Shown: positions 1 to 12,860, counted from the stretch's first letter. The stretch: DNA of 64,000 bases from Selaginella moellendorffii (GCF_000143415.4 NW_003314332.1:558001-622000), one strand, 5' to 3'. Notes: generated from the sequence alone by a model not told the origin. Made by a program: numbers and translations.

Positions 1-40
1 CAGCAGCTGGAGATTTTGTGCTCATGGTCAATCTCGCAAC

Positions 41-391
41 ATGTTCATTTGCCAGGAATACCTCGGCTTCTGGATCATAGCTGGGCAGATGAAACCAGAC
101 CCAACGAAATTGGATGCAATCCAAAACTGGCCAGTGCCTGCTACAATGAAACAACTCCGAGCATTCTTGGGATTGTGCAATTACCTCCGAAAGTTTATAG
201 AACGCTACGCCAACGTTGCCGCTCCGTTGACAGACATCATTGGAGTAGGCCTATTCTTTTGGAGTTATGACACTCGACAAACTTTCAACAGACATTCAAC
301 AGACACAAATGTCACATTCTTGAGGTGCCAGTGCTCTAGCTGCTGGATTTCACCGGAGGTTTGTGGTGGAAACAGTCCGATGCAGCAGTAG
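41..391 (+). mobile_element. Degenerate Ty3/gypsy pol fragment (RT/RNase H junction)
   Basis: Translation [48 protein letters not shown] matches the gypsy RT thumb/connection region and resembles the pol at 14830-16320; frameshifted afterwards. Confidence 0.85.
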
Positions 392-2631
392 GAGTGGTTC
401 TCACAACTTGATTGCTTTAGAGAGCAGGAGTTTTAAGGCAGCCAACATATGAGCAGGAGAGGATAATTGCAGTAAGGCTGCAGCGATAGTGTTAAGAAAC
501 AAGTGTAAGTTTTTTGCATCTCTTTTTCTATTTAGGCTAAATAGAATGAAGCTGTGTAATGGCTTTTGTACCGAAGAAATCATTATTTGTCTATACTGTA
601 TAATATATGCTGATGAATGGCCATAGGTTTTAACTACCCAAAATTGCCAATCTCAAAGTCAAGCACATTTTCTAGGCATTGGACAACATAAAAATTCCAT
701 TTTGCCCCCTGAAATTCGGTAGCTATAAAGTCAAGATTCATGATGCAGTGAGAAGTATGCTAGTGAATCACCTTGGCAAACTGTTTTGCAGGTTCTAGGA
801 GGATGGACCTTATTTGCCCTAGGAATCTCATTGGAAGCAGGAGTCCTTTTCAAGAAGGATGGATATTGATTAATGCCAGGTGGGATCATCGTGGCGTGTT
901 GCTTCCACCTAGGGTGTTGTTTGGGTTGTCAATGTAGCATGTTAAATTACATTGACTCAATTTGACTTGCACTTCACATACATTCTCAGGGCAACTTATG
1001 TAGAAATACTGCCTGCCAAGACAACTTGCAGCAGCTCAGCTTCAAGGCAAAGGCCTGGATGAGGAAGTGTGGGTAAGTGTTCTTCAATGGCAGGCAGGTT
1101 CTTTTTTGTAATCCCTTTTCTTTTGAATGGCAAGGTGTAGCATGTGAGGTCACGGCCATGGGCGAGGGCAAGGGCGAGGGAGTGGATTAGTTCCTTCTTC
1201 TGAGGTTAGTGCAAGCATATCATAGGGTTTACAGCTTTCAGAATAGTAGCTGCCGTTGCTGTCTCTCTCACAACATTAGGATCCAGAGCTTGGGTGTGGT
1301 TTTCCTTCTCAGCTAGGCCAGCAAGGCGGGCATGGTTTAGGATCAAGGGGAGGCTTGAGAGCAGTGCATGGGGTTGTGTATATGTTGATACGGAAAATTT
1401 GGAGCAGAATGCTTGCAACAAAATGACACCTTAATTTTATTCCAACAAAAAGATTGAGGTGTGGAGGGACTTGGTCCAATGCAACATTTTTCACGTATCA
1501 ATAAATGACTAGGGCCTGACAGGAATCATCAAACACCTTGTTGGAGTTGTGCCACCTCAACACCGTTGCAAAGTTAAGGACACTACAAAAGGTCAGAAAA
1601 GGACAAGATGCTTTAAGTGTTGGATGCTCAAACATAGTGTCTGGAGATGGATCATGTCCAAAGAGGCTTCACTCCAACTACTATATACCTCCAAGTGGTG
1701 ATGTTGAGGGCTGGGAATGGATAAATCACATTCTTGAATTTGAAAGATAGGAGGCTGAATGGTTATGGTGAGAGAAGCAGGATTTAGAATTATGAACTGC
1801 AATAGGTACTCCAAATACCATGTGAGTCAAGCTTACCGGGGATGCTGGAGAAGCTCAAAATGTTCAGTGACAAACAGAGATTGCATTTCTAAGTTGTCCT
1901 GATTTTAGCAAGCCAATGCTTCTAACACAAGGGCGTTGGCTATGTCTAGGTGGTTGATAAACTGGACACCAAAAGAGCTATAGGTGGAGCACAAATGGTT
2001 TGCATTACGAGTTTACAATGATGCTATGTTATTTAGTCTTGCGCTCAGTGAAGATGCACACTTGGAGCATTGCTATCCTCTGCCAACCATGGCTGCTCTA
2101 CAGGAGCTGCTGGATGAGGTTTATACAGAATTCATGGACAAAATCGGAAAAAAAATTGAGAATGTAGCCAAATAAGTCACTCCTCATCCACTATCTCTAG
2201 TGTCCAATGGCTAGAAGACTGTAAAGGATATGCACATTGGGAACATAATCATGGTTGATGCATTGCACAAAGATGAAATCTTTTATAGTTCCTTTGAAAG
2301 CACAAACTCATTAGTTATATATAGTTTTGTATCTAATATCGTGTTTTCTTTCTAGCTGAAAAAATTGCTAGCAAGCTTAATGAGGTACTGGAGCAAATAC
2401 AGAATTGCATAGGGACTGGAACATGTGGGAGAGGCCCACTTGGTCCTTCAAATACATCAGAAGTAGAAATGTGTCAACTTGACAGAGTGAAGCAGTGTTA
2501 TTGCTGTTGTGATAGAATATGCTTCCAATATGCAGCTAGTTGGACAGATACTTGAGATGTAGTGGAGAATTTGGAGTGTACCTTGTCAATGCCATGCATT
2601 GAACCTTGTTCTCAAATCATGGGAGTAGGAA

Positions 2632-2703
2632 CGGAGAGGTTTGTATTCTGGATTTAAATCGCGTCTCTCAACAAGCTTTCGAAAATGGAAGGAGAAGCTT
2701 TCA
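2632..2703 (+). repeat. 72-bp exact direct repeat, copy 1 (copy 2 at 7252-7323)
   Basis: CGGAGAGGTTTGTATTCTGG...GGAGAAGCTTTCA is identical at both positions. Confidence 0.9.
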
Positions 2704-3220
2704 CTCTGCTCACGAGGTTGAATCCCTCTCTGTCCGATGCCTGCTGGTTCGGCTACTTCTTCTCCACGAGCCAGGTAACGTTCCTGCTTCCCAACCGGAA
2801 CGTCTGGTATGCTTCCGCCACCTTGGCCCCGCTGCTATCGTACACGGGCATCCGGATCGACGAGCTTGGAGACCTTGGCACTTGCAGTTTCAGTGTGGAG
2901 GGCTTGGGCCTCAACAACTTGGGAGTCTGATGTCTTCGCAACGAGGCTGATCCCGAGATCGCTCTTCAACCACGAACAAGACCCCCTCCCAAAGGCCATG
3001 ATGCGTGTCATGACCGAACTGCAACTTCCAGCTACGTATGCGATCCTCGGCGTGAATCCGGCGTATCGCGACGGCTCGTATCGCCCCTGACTTGGTGGGA
3101 CGACAATGCGACTGTGGCGGAGATGAGGGCTGCTGCGAATCTAGTGTCGCAGGCGAACAAGCTCTTCATCACTTACGTGAACGAGGCACGAGCCCAATTG
3201 GCAGCAGTCCTTCTTTGAGG
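2685..3220 (+). pseudogene. Interrupted GC-rich coding-like segment, family not recognised
   Basis: Consecutive overlapping ORFs (2685-2930, 2809-3090) with gene-like codon usage, broken by a frameshift and stops; it starts inside the 72-bp repeat. Confidence 0.3.
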
Positions 3221-3374
3221 AAGAACTATCCTCACCTTTACCACATCAAGCGCAAGGTCGATCCCACCAATCCATCACTGCGTGGGCAGCGAATTCAACT
3301 GAGAATCAACATAGCAAACAAAGCAAACTTTTAAAATCTATCAATCAAAATTTAGGGCTCTTCCTTACTATGAG

Positions 3375-4945
3375 ATGGGGCTTCTGAGCGTTGTTCTTGG
3401 GCTCTGGATTGCCGCTCTAGCGGCTGCCAAGACGGTGAAGCGAGACGGTGAGTCCATCCTCTCCACCTGCATTCTCGATCTAGCCAGGGATTAAGCGACG
3501 ATCTTGCTAATTCCAGTCAAGGCCTTGAACGAGCTCAAGGCAGCTGGAGGATGGAAGGTCATGTACGCTTGGAATGGGGAGGATCCCTGTGGCGATGGAG
3601 ACGCGGCGTTGTGGCCGGGAATCACCTGTTCCTCCCCAAATGACAATGGCTATCGAGTGGTCACGGAATTGTGAGTTTTAATACCTCTATCACTTTGATC
3701 GTAAACTTGGTTCGTTCTTTTCAGGGAGCTCTTTCAAGTGTCGATCATTGGAACGTTCCCGATCGGTGTCACGAATTTGCTGGATCTCAGGAAACTGTAC
3801 GTTTGCGTGTGTTGATTTTCTTTTTCCATGTACTGAGTTCTTGCGTTCTTCTCTGGCAGAGACTTGCATGGCAACAAACTCACCGGATCGATTCCTCCTC
3901 AAATAGGACGCCTGCAGAAGCTTGTAACTTTGTAAGCAGTCTGGCCGAAAGATTCGCGACTTGATTTGATTTTTCTTTGCAGGAACTTGAGATGGAACAA
4001 GCTGCAAGACGCCATACCTGTTGAGATTGGGCAGCTGAAGAAACTACAAAACTTGTGAGTAGAGTTTTATTTCCGTTCTAAGTTCTTTCTTTCATCATGT
4101 TTGTCTGTCAGGTTCTTAAGTTTTAACAGCCTTAGAGGACCTATACCAAAGGAGCTCACGTATCTGCAGGAGCTTCGATACGTGCATCTTCACGAGAATA
4201 AGCTCATCGGCCGGATCCCTCCGGAGTTTGGAGAACTTCCTTATCTCCGACAATTGTAAGCTTCAGTTTCATCCATGCAGACAGATTTTCTATATGCCAT
4301 CATATTATTCTCTCGCAGGGATGTCAGCAACAACCATCTTGTGGGAACCATCAGAGAACTGCTAAGAAGCGAACAGAATCGTGCTAAAGATGCATTTCCA
4401 TCTCTCCGAAATTTGTAAGCTTTTCTTCTTTTGTGCTTGGAGTCTTAAGCTCGACGTCCCCGCAGGTACCTAAACAACAATTACCTCACCGGAGGAATAC
4501 CAGCAGAACTTTCGTACTTGCGCAATCTAGAAATCCTGTAAGTTCGACGCTAGACTTGTCCTCGCCTGCTGATTCCCCCCGTGGCTATGCAGGTACTTGT
4601 CTTACAACAAACTTACAGGTCCGGTACCGGACGCACTCGCAAGCATCCCGAAGCTAACCTACCTGTGAGTTCTTTACGCCCCCATCAATTTTTCTCACGC
4701 AAAAGCTCGTTTTTCTCGTAGATACCTGGATCACAATGCTTTGAATGGCCGACTATCGTCAGCCTTCTACAGCCATCCGAGCCTGAAAGAGATGTACGTT
4801 GGCTCTTTCGCTTGATCATCGATGTAGTAATAATCCAAGCGTTTCTTTTTCCAGGTATATTGAAGGGAACCAATTCAGCTCTTCTGCCAAACCAGTTGGT
4901 TTACACAGGACAATGGAAGTATCCGACGCCGACTTCATTTTTTAG
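3375..4945 (+). CDS. Secreted leucine-rich repeat protein (At5g61240/At1g13910-like), multi-exon
   Basis: ATG 3375 gives a signal peptide MGLLSVVLGLWIAALAAA, then KTVKRD/VKALNELK, the LRRNT motif WNGEDPCGDGD..WPGITC, and ~72-nt LRR exons (DLHGNKLTGSIPPQIGRLQKL, NLRWNKLQDAIP) separated by short GT-AG introns. Ends YIEGNQF..MEVSDADFIF with TAG at 4943-4945. Confidence 0.9.
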
Positions 4946-5431
4946 AAGGCAAGAGTTTTCTTCATGCAGTCTCTGTTTCACGATAACGCTAGAAGAAGTT
5001 GCCAAGGAGGGAGATCAGGGAGAATATTACTTTTTCACGTGCTAGTGAGTTCGATTCCCGGTACCAGTCACTTTTCAGCCGTGAAGCGTTTCATGCTGTT
5101 GTCTGAGACTGCAGAATGCATCCCTGGACAATCTATCATGCATGAGAAAAGCGTACATGGAATATGAGGAGATTAAGGATGCTAGCCAGCTTCTTAGAAG
5201 GATGCCTGAAATGATTCCAGCATAATGCCAGCCATGATTTCATTGATGTAGTTACGTTCCTTGATGTACTCTCGATACCGTACTATTACGAACAACTTAT
5301 AGATTTTGTTGGAGTGGATGAAAATTTCCACAAAAATATGGTGATCCTGCAGCAATTTCAACTGGAAGATGTACAAATAAAATAAAATTTCTTTGCTACT
5401 TGTGCTCTTTGAGTTTACACCAAAAACACCA

Positions 5432-6115
5432 ATGGCCCTTGCAGGATTTGTGTACTGCTTAACTTGCTTGATCGTCTTATTGTCGTCTCCGGGTGTTGCT
5501 ATTGATCAGTTTGAGACGGTGATTCCCGACTGGGTCGATTCGTTTCATTTCCCGCGACCTTCACTTCGGGTAGCTTACGGATCGCAGAACGTGACCATAG
5601 AAAGGCAGTTTTCGCCGGCTGAAGTTCTTCTGCAGCCTAAGGTGAGCATCACAAATGCTGGGAATAGAGACCTTTTTACGCTTGTAATGGTGGATCCTGA
5701 TCCTCCCGGTCCACAAATTCCCATCTTGAGGAACATTCTGCACTGGATTGTAGTTAATATCCCGGCTCAATCTACCAGTAAGCTCTTATTCCAAAAGAAA
5801 TCAGGACCGCTTGAGTACATTTATAATGAATTTGCAGATGCATCAGAGCAAGGAGACCATCTTGCCCCTTACTTATCTCCTACACCAGTCCAGGGAGTCC
5901 ACCGTTATTATTTTCTTCTCTTCAGACAGGTGAGAAAGACTTTGAGCAGTCCTCGCATGACTTGAACATTGTGATTGCAGAAGAAACAAATTCATGCTGG
6001 AAGTCTGGTTGGAAGTCTTAGCAGGACTCTCTTCAGTGTCCGTGTGTTCACAGAGAATTATGATTTGGGTTATCCTGTAGATGGAGTCTTCTTCACCTCC
6101 AGAGTGATTATATAA
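5432..6115 (+). CDS. PEBP-family (FT/TFL1/MFT-like) protein with N-terminal signal peptide; exons 5432-5777, 5838-5929, 5981-6115
   Basis: Motifs FTLVMVDPDPPGP, LHWIVVNIP, GVHRYYFLLFRQ and a C-terminal FSVRVFTENYDLGYPVDGVFF; introns GTAAG..TTTGCAG and GTGAG..TTGCAG; hydrophobic N-terminus MALAGFVYCLTCLIVLLSSPGVA. Confidence 0.85.
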
Positions 6116-6374
6116 CTGATGAACTCGTATCAATAAATTGAGTAGACTTGATCCCAATATCCTCTCCTCCATTGCAAGCATATATGACTTTCCATCCTCC
6201 ACCTTGAGTGGTAAGATCGTCACTTAAACTTATCAAGAATGTGGATGGAAATTATCAACTCACGCTCGCTTCACCATAGCACCCAGCAATTTATAAAAAA
6301 AATTCTTTTATTTTCAGCCATACACTAATAATATTCTGAGAATATTCTGAAACACAAATGGCTGGCAGGCCCCT

Positions 6375-6790
6375 GACTGAACGCTGGTCACTCCGTGCGG
6401 ACTAGAAGACAATCTTCGTAGAAGCGTTGAGATCCCCTCCACGGTATTCACAGGGGAAAGTACTTCTGTATGTGGGTTGATTGAATTCGTGCGACGAAGG
6501 TTGGGGACGTTACTTGGGTTGTCAAGTTTGATAAGTGGCACCGAACGGGTACGTTAAGTTCTTCTTTCTGAGTCATATGCATTATTTTATTGCTGGTGCA
6601 TTCCAGACGAGGAGCTGAATTATCGCTTGACAACCGCCGTGTTTCAATATAAGGTGGCGTTCTTATTGCTTTGTTTTGGTGGAGTTATTCAGCTTTTCTT
6701 CTCTTACAGGATGACATGCCTTATGCGAGTGTATTACGAATCCACGAAACGTGGCTTGATGGTTATGCGGGACCTTTGGTCCTAATGTAG
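6375..6790 (+). pseudogene. Sucrose-phosphate phosphatase C-terminal domain fragment
   Basis: LVTPCGLE..VEALRS/LHGIHRGKYFCMWVD*IRATKVGDVTWVVKFDKWHRT|DEELNYRLTTAVFQYK|..IHETWLDGY resembles the SPP C-terminal domain (F.VWVD..TW.VKFDKW..TT..H.TW); contains a stop and frameshifts; no catalytic HAD domain nearby. Confidence 0.65.
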
Positions 6791-7251
6791 GAGGCACAGC
6801 CAACGATAGGTGAAAAATAAGCAGGGACGAGTCATCGTCCAGGTAACCGTGAAAAAGTTATCAGCTCTGGAATCTAATTTTGTGGATGCTGTTGTGTGTG
6901 CAGTGGCATACAAATATATTCCAGGTTTACTGAGATTGATATATGATGAAGAAAAACGAGACAGATGCTCACTCAGGCCAGTGTGGAGCCCCTAGTGCGA
7001 CGATCCATGGTCGAGGTCGACTTACAACGCGTTGAAACGAGCCAGTTCTACACTTAATGGAATGGAATGTGGATCCAAGCGCGTGTACATTCCACCTATG
7101 ATCGACAAGTCTTTAATAATCCACTTGCGACAAGACAAGGGTATGTTTACGCATTTACACTCATTCATTCATGGTGTAGAACAGGGTGACATCAGGATCA
7201 AAAGCAAGAACCAGACACACTCAGGTCGGAACGACAGGGATCAAAACTCAT

Positions 7252-7323
7252 CGGAGAGGTTTGTATTCTGGATTTAAATCGCGTCTCTCAACAAGCTTTC
7301 GAAAATGGAAGGAGAAGCTTTCA
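7252..7323 (+). repeat. 72-bp exact direct repeat, copy 2
   Basis: Identical to 2632-2703. Confidence 0.9.
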
Positions 7324-7690
7324 TTCCAAAGGTTCAAGCTTTTGTTTACAGAAGTATCACGGCTGCTTGTGTCTGTTTCAGCAAAACCAGAGAAGAGAAA
7401 CACTGCTACTAACTTTCACGCGTAAGTTCTTTGAGGACTTTTTTAGTTGCAAAAAGAAGTACACACGCACAGCTGGAGGTAACGTTTTCTCTTGTTTCTT
7501 TCCAAAGGTTCAAGCTTTTGTTTGCAGAAGTATCACGGCTGCTTTCGTCTCTTTCAGCAAAACCAGAGAAGAAGAGAAACACTGCTACTAACTTTGATGC
7601 GTAAGTTCTTTGAGAACTTTTTTAGTTGCAAAAAGAAGTACAGCAGCAACTACACGCACAGCTGGAGGTAACGTTTTCTCTTGTTTCTTT
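7324..7690 (+). repeat. Tandem duplication of a ~180-bp exon/intron unit (7324-7499, 7500-7690)
   Basis: Both units begin TTCCAAAGGTTCAAGCTTTTG and end GGAGGTAACGTTTTCTCTTGTTTC. Confidence 0.85.
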
Positions 7691-7808
7691 CGGGTCCTAT
7701 TCTTTCCTCCAGCTCCAAATCGAAGCACAAGCCAAGAACATGTTTGAGTTCCAGCAAAAGATTGAGGTGAACCAGCAGTGCAAGGAGGAGCCCTGCAGTC
7801 GACAGTAA
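7560..7808 (+). pseudogene. MYB-CC (PHR1-like) coiled-coil fragment
   Basis: LQKEVQQQLHAQLE|GT..AG|LQIEAQAK resembles the QMEVQKQLHEQLE..LQLRIEAQGKY motif; no MYB domain seen. Confidence 0.6.
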
Positions 7809-7912
7809 CTGAGGCTGCAGCTAGCGTCTCGTCAGACGCCAAGTGCTTTGAACCGGCCTCCATGAAATCCAAGATTTCGGAGGAGCAAAGGCAAAATTCT
7901 GTCACCATGAGA

Positions 7913-10900
7913 TGACACAAACCACGGGAATATTCCAAGAATATTCCATGACTTAATGCCTTAAAAGTTGGGAGGTTGGGTTAGGGTTTGCTCTTTTGTT
8001 TGTTTCATTAATATTAGAGTAGCATATTCTTTTGGCATGGCAGATAAGCAAGATATTGATCCTGATGAGGAGTATTGCATTAGTGCTGATAGCCATGATG
8101 ATAAGGAAGAAACTTTTGATGATGTAGTTGTGTGGCAAGGATGTTAGATTTCTGAAGTTCAAAGCGACATAAAGGAGGTTAAGGATTCCATCAATCTCAT
8201 TAAGGATTTCTTGATTCGCATGGATCCTCAAGGGTTGAATCAATCTCATGTCTGTGATTACCATTTGTATATCAAACATGCCAAGGATTATGGTATCATG
8301 GAATGGAAATCATCACTAAATGTTTGTGATAGTTAGGAGGTTGATTTTTGGTTGGAATTGTGGGAAAGTTGTTGATCTCACAATCCTTGTAAGGATAATG
8401 TGAAGATTGATTTTTTTGTAATGAAGCTTATAGGCCATGCTTTTTCATGGTGGAAGAATTACATTAAAGCTAATCTAAAGCCGATTTAAGCATTTGCTAT
8501 GGTGGCTTTTCCACACCCTATGGCAAAAGTTCAAGAATCTAAGTCTTAAGTTCATATCAACTCTATAAATATTAATGGTTTTATGTGCAATCAACTTATG
8601 AAGGCCAAAAGGGACATTTAAGGTAATGCTATTAGTATTCTTTTCGATCCAAGTGTTACTCACAACTTTTTGAGCTCCAAGGTGGTGAAAAAATTTGGTT
8701 TGCCTATGGAAAAGAGTTTAATAATCTATGAGGTGGTTATGGTAGATGGGCATAACACTTGTGTTTACGGTGAATGGGTTTCAAGTGTTCCTTTGACAAT
8801 TAAGAGGATTCTCAACCTTCGTTCCAGGTTATGAATCTTGGTCGCATAGATGTTATTCTTGGGAAGGAATGGTTTTATGATAGGAAACCAAAGATCGATT
8901 GGGAGCTTAATGTTTTCCATATCGAAGTTGGTGGCACTATAAAAGAGATTATCAAGACAGACAATGGTGATACTCTATTGATTAATGCTTTAGAGTTGGT
9001 GACATGCATGCGTGAGATAGTTAGTTCTTTTGTGGTGTACCCATTTCTTTCTAATATGATCAAGTTTGATTTGGAGTACATTCATGGGCATGGGGCTTGG
9101 ATGGATTCCATTTAGAAGGAGTTCCATGACGTATTTCCAAATGAGTTGCCTGATGGTTTGCCTCCCGAATGTGGAATTTAGCATGAGATTGACTTGGTTC
9201 CTGGAGCTTCTTTGAAAAATATCAAGCACCACAAAGGCGATCAAGCAAATCATTGATACGAGGGATTGGGAACATATTCTTCATTGTCTTATCATTCAAT
9301 CCTTTGTAATTCATGTAGAGACGCCATGTACCATCTTTCTTTTTGACCATCCCCCACTAGAGTAGCCTAAGGAGACATGCTAATCTATAACCACCCTTTT
9401 TGAAGGTATTCAGTAAGCTACCTATTAATCTCCTTATCTTTAGTGGGATTAGTACGAGTCAGTTGTCGTGGATAAAGAGTTTGATTTAAGGCAAAGGTAT
9501 TATCAGATTTGTGTCAAGCCAAAGGATATTCTGAAAACTGCATTTCAGACAAGAATAGGTCATTATGAGTTTTTGGTGATACCATTTTCAGATATTGATG
9601 AATCAAGTTCTACAACCTTATTTGGGAAAGTTTACAATTGATTATTTTGATGATATCCTGGTATTTAGCTCTTCAGTGGAGGAACATGAGATGTATGTGC
9701 AAAGTGTTTTACAACTTTTGAGGGACAACAAGCTCTACTTGAAATTATCAAAATGTGAGTTCTTTTTTTAGGAGATTGGATATCTTGGGCATTTGATTTT
9801 AGTACAAGGAGTGAGAGCTAATCCCGCAAAGATTTAGGTTGTGGTTGATTGGCCTATACCTTTGACAGTGCATGATCTTTGTAGTTTCTTTAGTATGGCT
9901 GGAGTTTTTCGACGATTTGTGAAGGACTTTTCAAGAATAGTAGCCCCTTTGACTAATCTTCTCTAAAATATGTTAAAACATGCTACTATTCATGGTTTGG
10001 ATGAGAAGTGTGAAGTGGCATTTCAAATTTTGAAGTAGTGTTGTATCTCTGCTCCGGTGTTGAAGATTTTTTATTCTGAAAAGCCTTTTGTGGTCGAGAC
10101 AAATGCAAATGACATTGCTATTAGAGTCATATTGCTTCAAGTTGGGCATCCTCTTGCATACATGAGCCATAAGTTTGATGCCACATAGTGGAATTGACCT
10201 ATTTGAGACAAGGAGTTGTATGCTGTGATTGCTGTTGTGAAGGAATGATGACATTATCTGTATGGATCAAACTTCCATGTGAATTCAAATCATCAGTCTC
10301 TCCAATATTTTAGTCAACAAAAGGATCTTCAAGGCCACCTTGCTCATTGGCAAGAGTTCCTGCAAGAAATGTTTGTTAAGATCCGATACAAGTATGGAGG
10401 TGATAATAAGGTGGCTAATGCATTATCTAGAATGGTAAATTCTATCTCGTTCGTAAAGCTATCCAGCGATCTCTTGGATGAGTTTAAGGAGTTTGCTGAC
10501 TTCGACTTCTTTATCATTGATATTCACGTAAAAGTTTTGTTGAGGGATGCCTCTACAAATTTGAAAGGTGATAAGTTTGTGTCATTCGAATTACAAGATG
10601 GAATCTTGGTGAAGAAAGGATATATAGTGGTTCCTTGTATTGACAAACTCATTAAATAGATTTTGGTTGAGTGTCGTGATATGCCAAGTGCTAGGTATCT
10701 AGGGTATTGAGAATGTATATGTTGGTGAAGAGGCATTTCTTTTGGCCTGGGATGAAATCAAATGTTGAGAAATACAAATGTGGTTGTTTGACCTGCTAAG
10801 CAGTCAAAGTTGATCATCAGAAGCTCGCCAGCCTCTATCATCCTTTACGTGTACCCAAGAATAAGTGGGATAGCATTTCGATGAACTTTATCATTGGTTT

Positions 10901-11720
10901 ACCCAATATCTTTTGAGAAAATAATGTTATTTGGGTTGTTGTGAATCGTTTGATGAAGATGGCTCACTTCTTCCTATGAAGATGATGATAAAAGCTTCTG
11001 AACTTGCTTAATTGTTTGTAGACTAGTTATTCAATCTTTATGGTTTGCCGGATGACATTGTGAGTGATCGAGGTCCCAAGTTCACGTCCAAGTTTTGGCA
11101 AATAGTTTTTGAAAAGCTAAAAACTAAGTTGAGCATGAGTAGTGGTGAGCATCCACAATCAAATGGATAGACAAAGCATATGAATCAGCTATTAAAAGAT
11201 ATGCTAAGGTCTTTTGTGGGAAACTTGACTTGAAAGGGAGTATAGGAGAAATACTTGCCTTTGCTTTAGTTTGCTCACAATAACATTCATTAATTGGCTA
11301 TTGGCATGCCTCCCTTTATGGGGATGTATGGCTATGAGCTTAGGTCTCCTGTAAGTTTGAATTTGGCTTTGGTTTGGGAACCTCATGCTTGTGATTTCCT
11401 AGAGGATATGCAAGACAAGCTCGAGTTGGCAAAGTTGAACATGAGGCAAGCTCAAGAGCGAGACAAAAAATTGGCTGATGAGCATCATCGTCATCAAGAG
11501 TACAAAGTTGGTGACAAGGTTTTCCTTAAACTGTCAGATGCACAATGGTTTTTGAAAGGAGGTGGTAGTGCTAAATTATCTCCATGGTATTGTGGACATT
11601 GGACAATTTTACAGTATGTGGGGGGATCTTGCATACACTTTGGACTTGTTAACTAATTCGAAGATTCATCCAATGTTTCATGTGACTAAGCTTAAAGTGT
11701 GTTTGCACTTTAGTGATGTC
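7913..11720 (+). mobile_element. Older degenerate Ty3/gypsy element, 5' part (LTR, PBS, gag, protease, RT, RNase H, integrase)
   Basis: TGACAC LTR-like start at 7913; TGGTATCA PBS-like motif at 8291; protease LFDPSVTHNF near 8640; DVILGKEW; RT IYFDDILVFS near 9640; RNase H and integrase remnants with many stops. Confidence 0.85.
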
Positions 11721-12848
11721 TGTAAGCCACAAATTTTTCCTTTCCAATTTGCAAGCTTACCTTGTCTATCCGACCAACACTGCTTTGGCTTGTGCTAAGT
11801 TCCCTTGCCAAGGTTCTCGCCTATTGTACCAGCTCCTACTTGGTCCTACTTGGTTTCAGCTACTCACTGCACGAGCAACGGAGTGTTAGCCATCCATCTA
11901 CGGATTCCCAAATCTCTCCCAATCCCCCTCTCCGGGTTAGACTGGACTTAAGGTTCGGCTACACTCCCCGCAGGCACAAGCAGCCAAGCACACCAAGCCT
12001 CCAGGTTCCTAACACCCCTTGGTACAACAAGACTTGATCATGGGACCCTCTAAATCCCAAGCCTTGGGTGCAACACTTGCTTCGGGACATCGGGGCGACA
12101 CACCGTGGCCTAGCGGCCCGGTATGGGTACCTCTACCCCCCCACTTCCATCCCAAAGGGAAGGCCCAAGCCCCTGGAAGGGCGAGGACCAATGAGCCACA
12201 AGGTACTCAAGTGGGGCACCACTCCACCTGAGCCGGGAGCACCGCAGTCGGTTTCCCTTTCGGGAGTGGGAGCTGCTCTTGAGCACTTCCCTGGGTGGCC
12301 CCTCTGGCACCTCCCAAGCCCATGCTCACTCCCACCCAAGGCCCCTCGGCCCAGTCTCAACCTCAAGTCGGTTTGGAAGCCCCACTGGAGAGTTCCTTCA
12401 AGACTGGTTCCTGGACCTCACTATCCCTACTATACTTTTGGAACCCGCCCCCCCCGCCCCCCTGGGAGACGCACGCTTTGGGCTTTCACCCTTGAGCTGT
12501 ATTAGTATTTGGACTTAGTCTCAGAATCAATCTCAGACTCGATCTCGGACCCGACTTCGGACTCGGTCTCGGACTCGATTTCGGACTCGATCTCAGACCC
12601 GATCTCGGACTTAACTTCGGACTCAACCTCGGACTCGGTCTCGGACCCAATTTGGATCTCGGACTCTGTCTTGAACTCGGTCTCCGATTCGGCCTCGGCT
12701 CGATCCCGGACTCTATCTTGAACTCAGTCTCTGAGTCGGTCTTGGACTCGATCTTCGACTCGGTCCCATCAGATGAACTCTTTGTCATTTTGGTCATGCT
12801 TTCGGGGATCCTTTAGCCTACGACATCTCGGGGAGTCAGTTCCTTACA
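11721..12848 (-). repeat. 3' LTR of the nested gypsy element
   Basis: TGTAAG...CTTACA; highly similar to 18071-19231; adjacent to the PPT. Confidence 0.95.
12517..12770. repeat. Degenerate 6/12-bp tandem array (TCGGACTCGATC-like) within the LTR
   Basis: Repeated TCGGAC/TCGATC units, also present at ~18888-19150; these explain the spurious Ser-Asp and Arg-Ser-Pro ORFs. Confidence 0.9.
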
Positions 12849-12849
12849 A

Positions 12850-12860
12850 CTCCACCACCC
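12850..12860 (-). promoter_or_regulatory. Polypurine tract of the nested element
   Basis: Minus strand reads GGGTGGTGGAG immediately before the 3' LTR. Confidence 0.75.

Noticed and set aside
400-2600. Short ORFs in a possibly decayed gene or transposon
   Set aside because: No motif I can recognise; left unannotated.
7908-7912. TSD for the outer gypsy element
   Set aside because: TGAGA does not match ATGGC after 19910, so the outer boundaries remain tentative.
12486-12797. Ser/Asp-rich and Arg/Ser/Pro-rich ORFs in both LTRs (also 18749-19356)
   Set aside because: They are by-products of the 6/12-bp tandem array; length and frame differ between the two LTRs.
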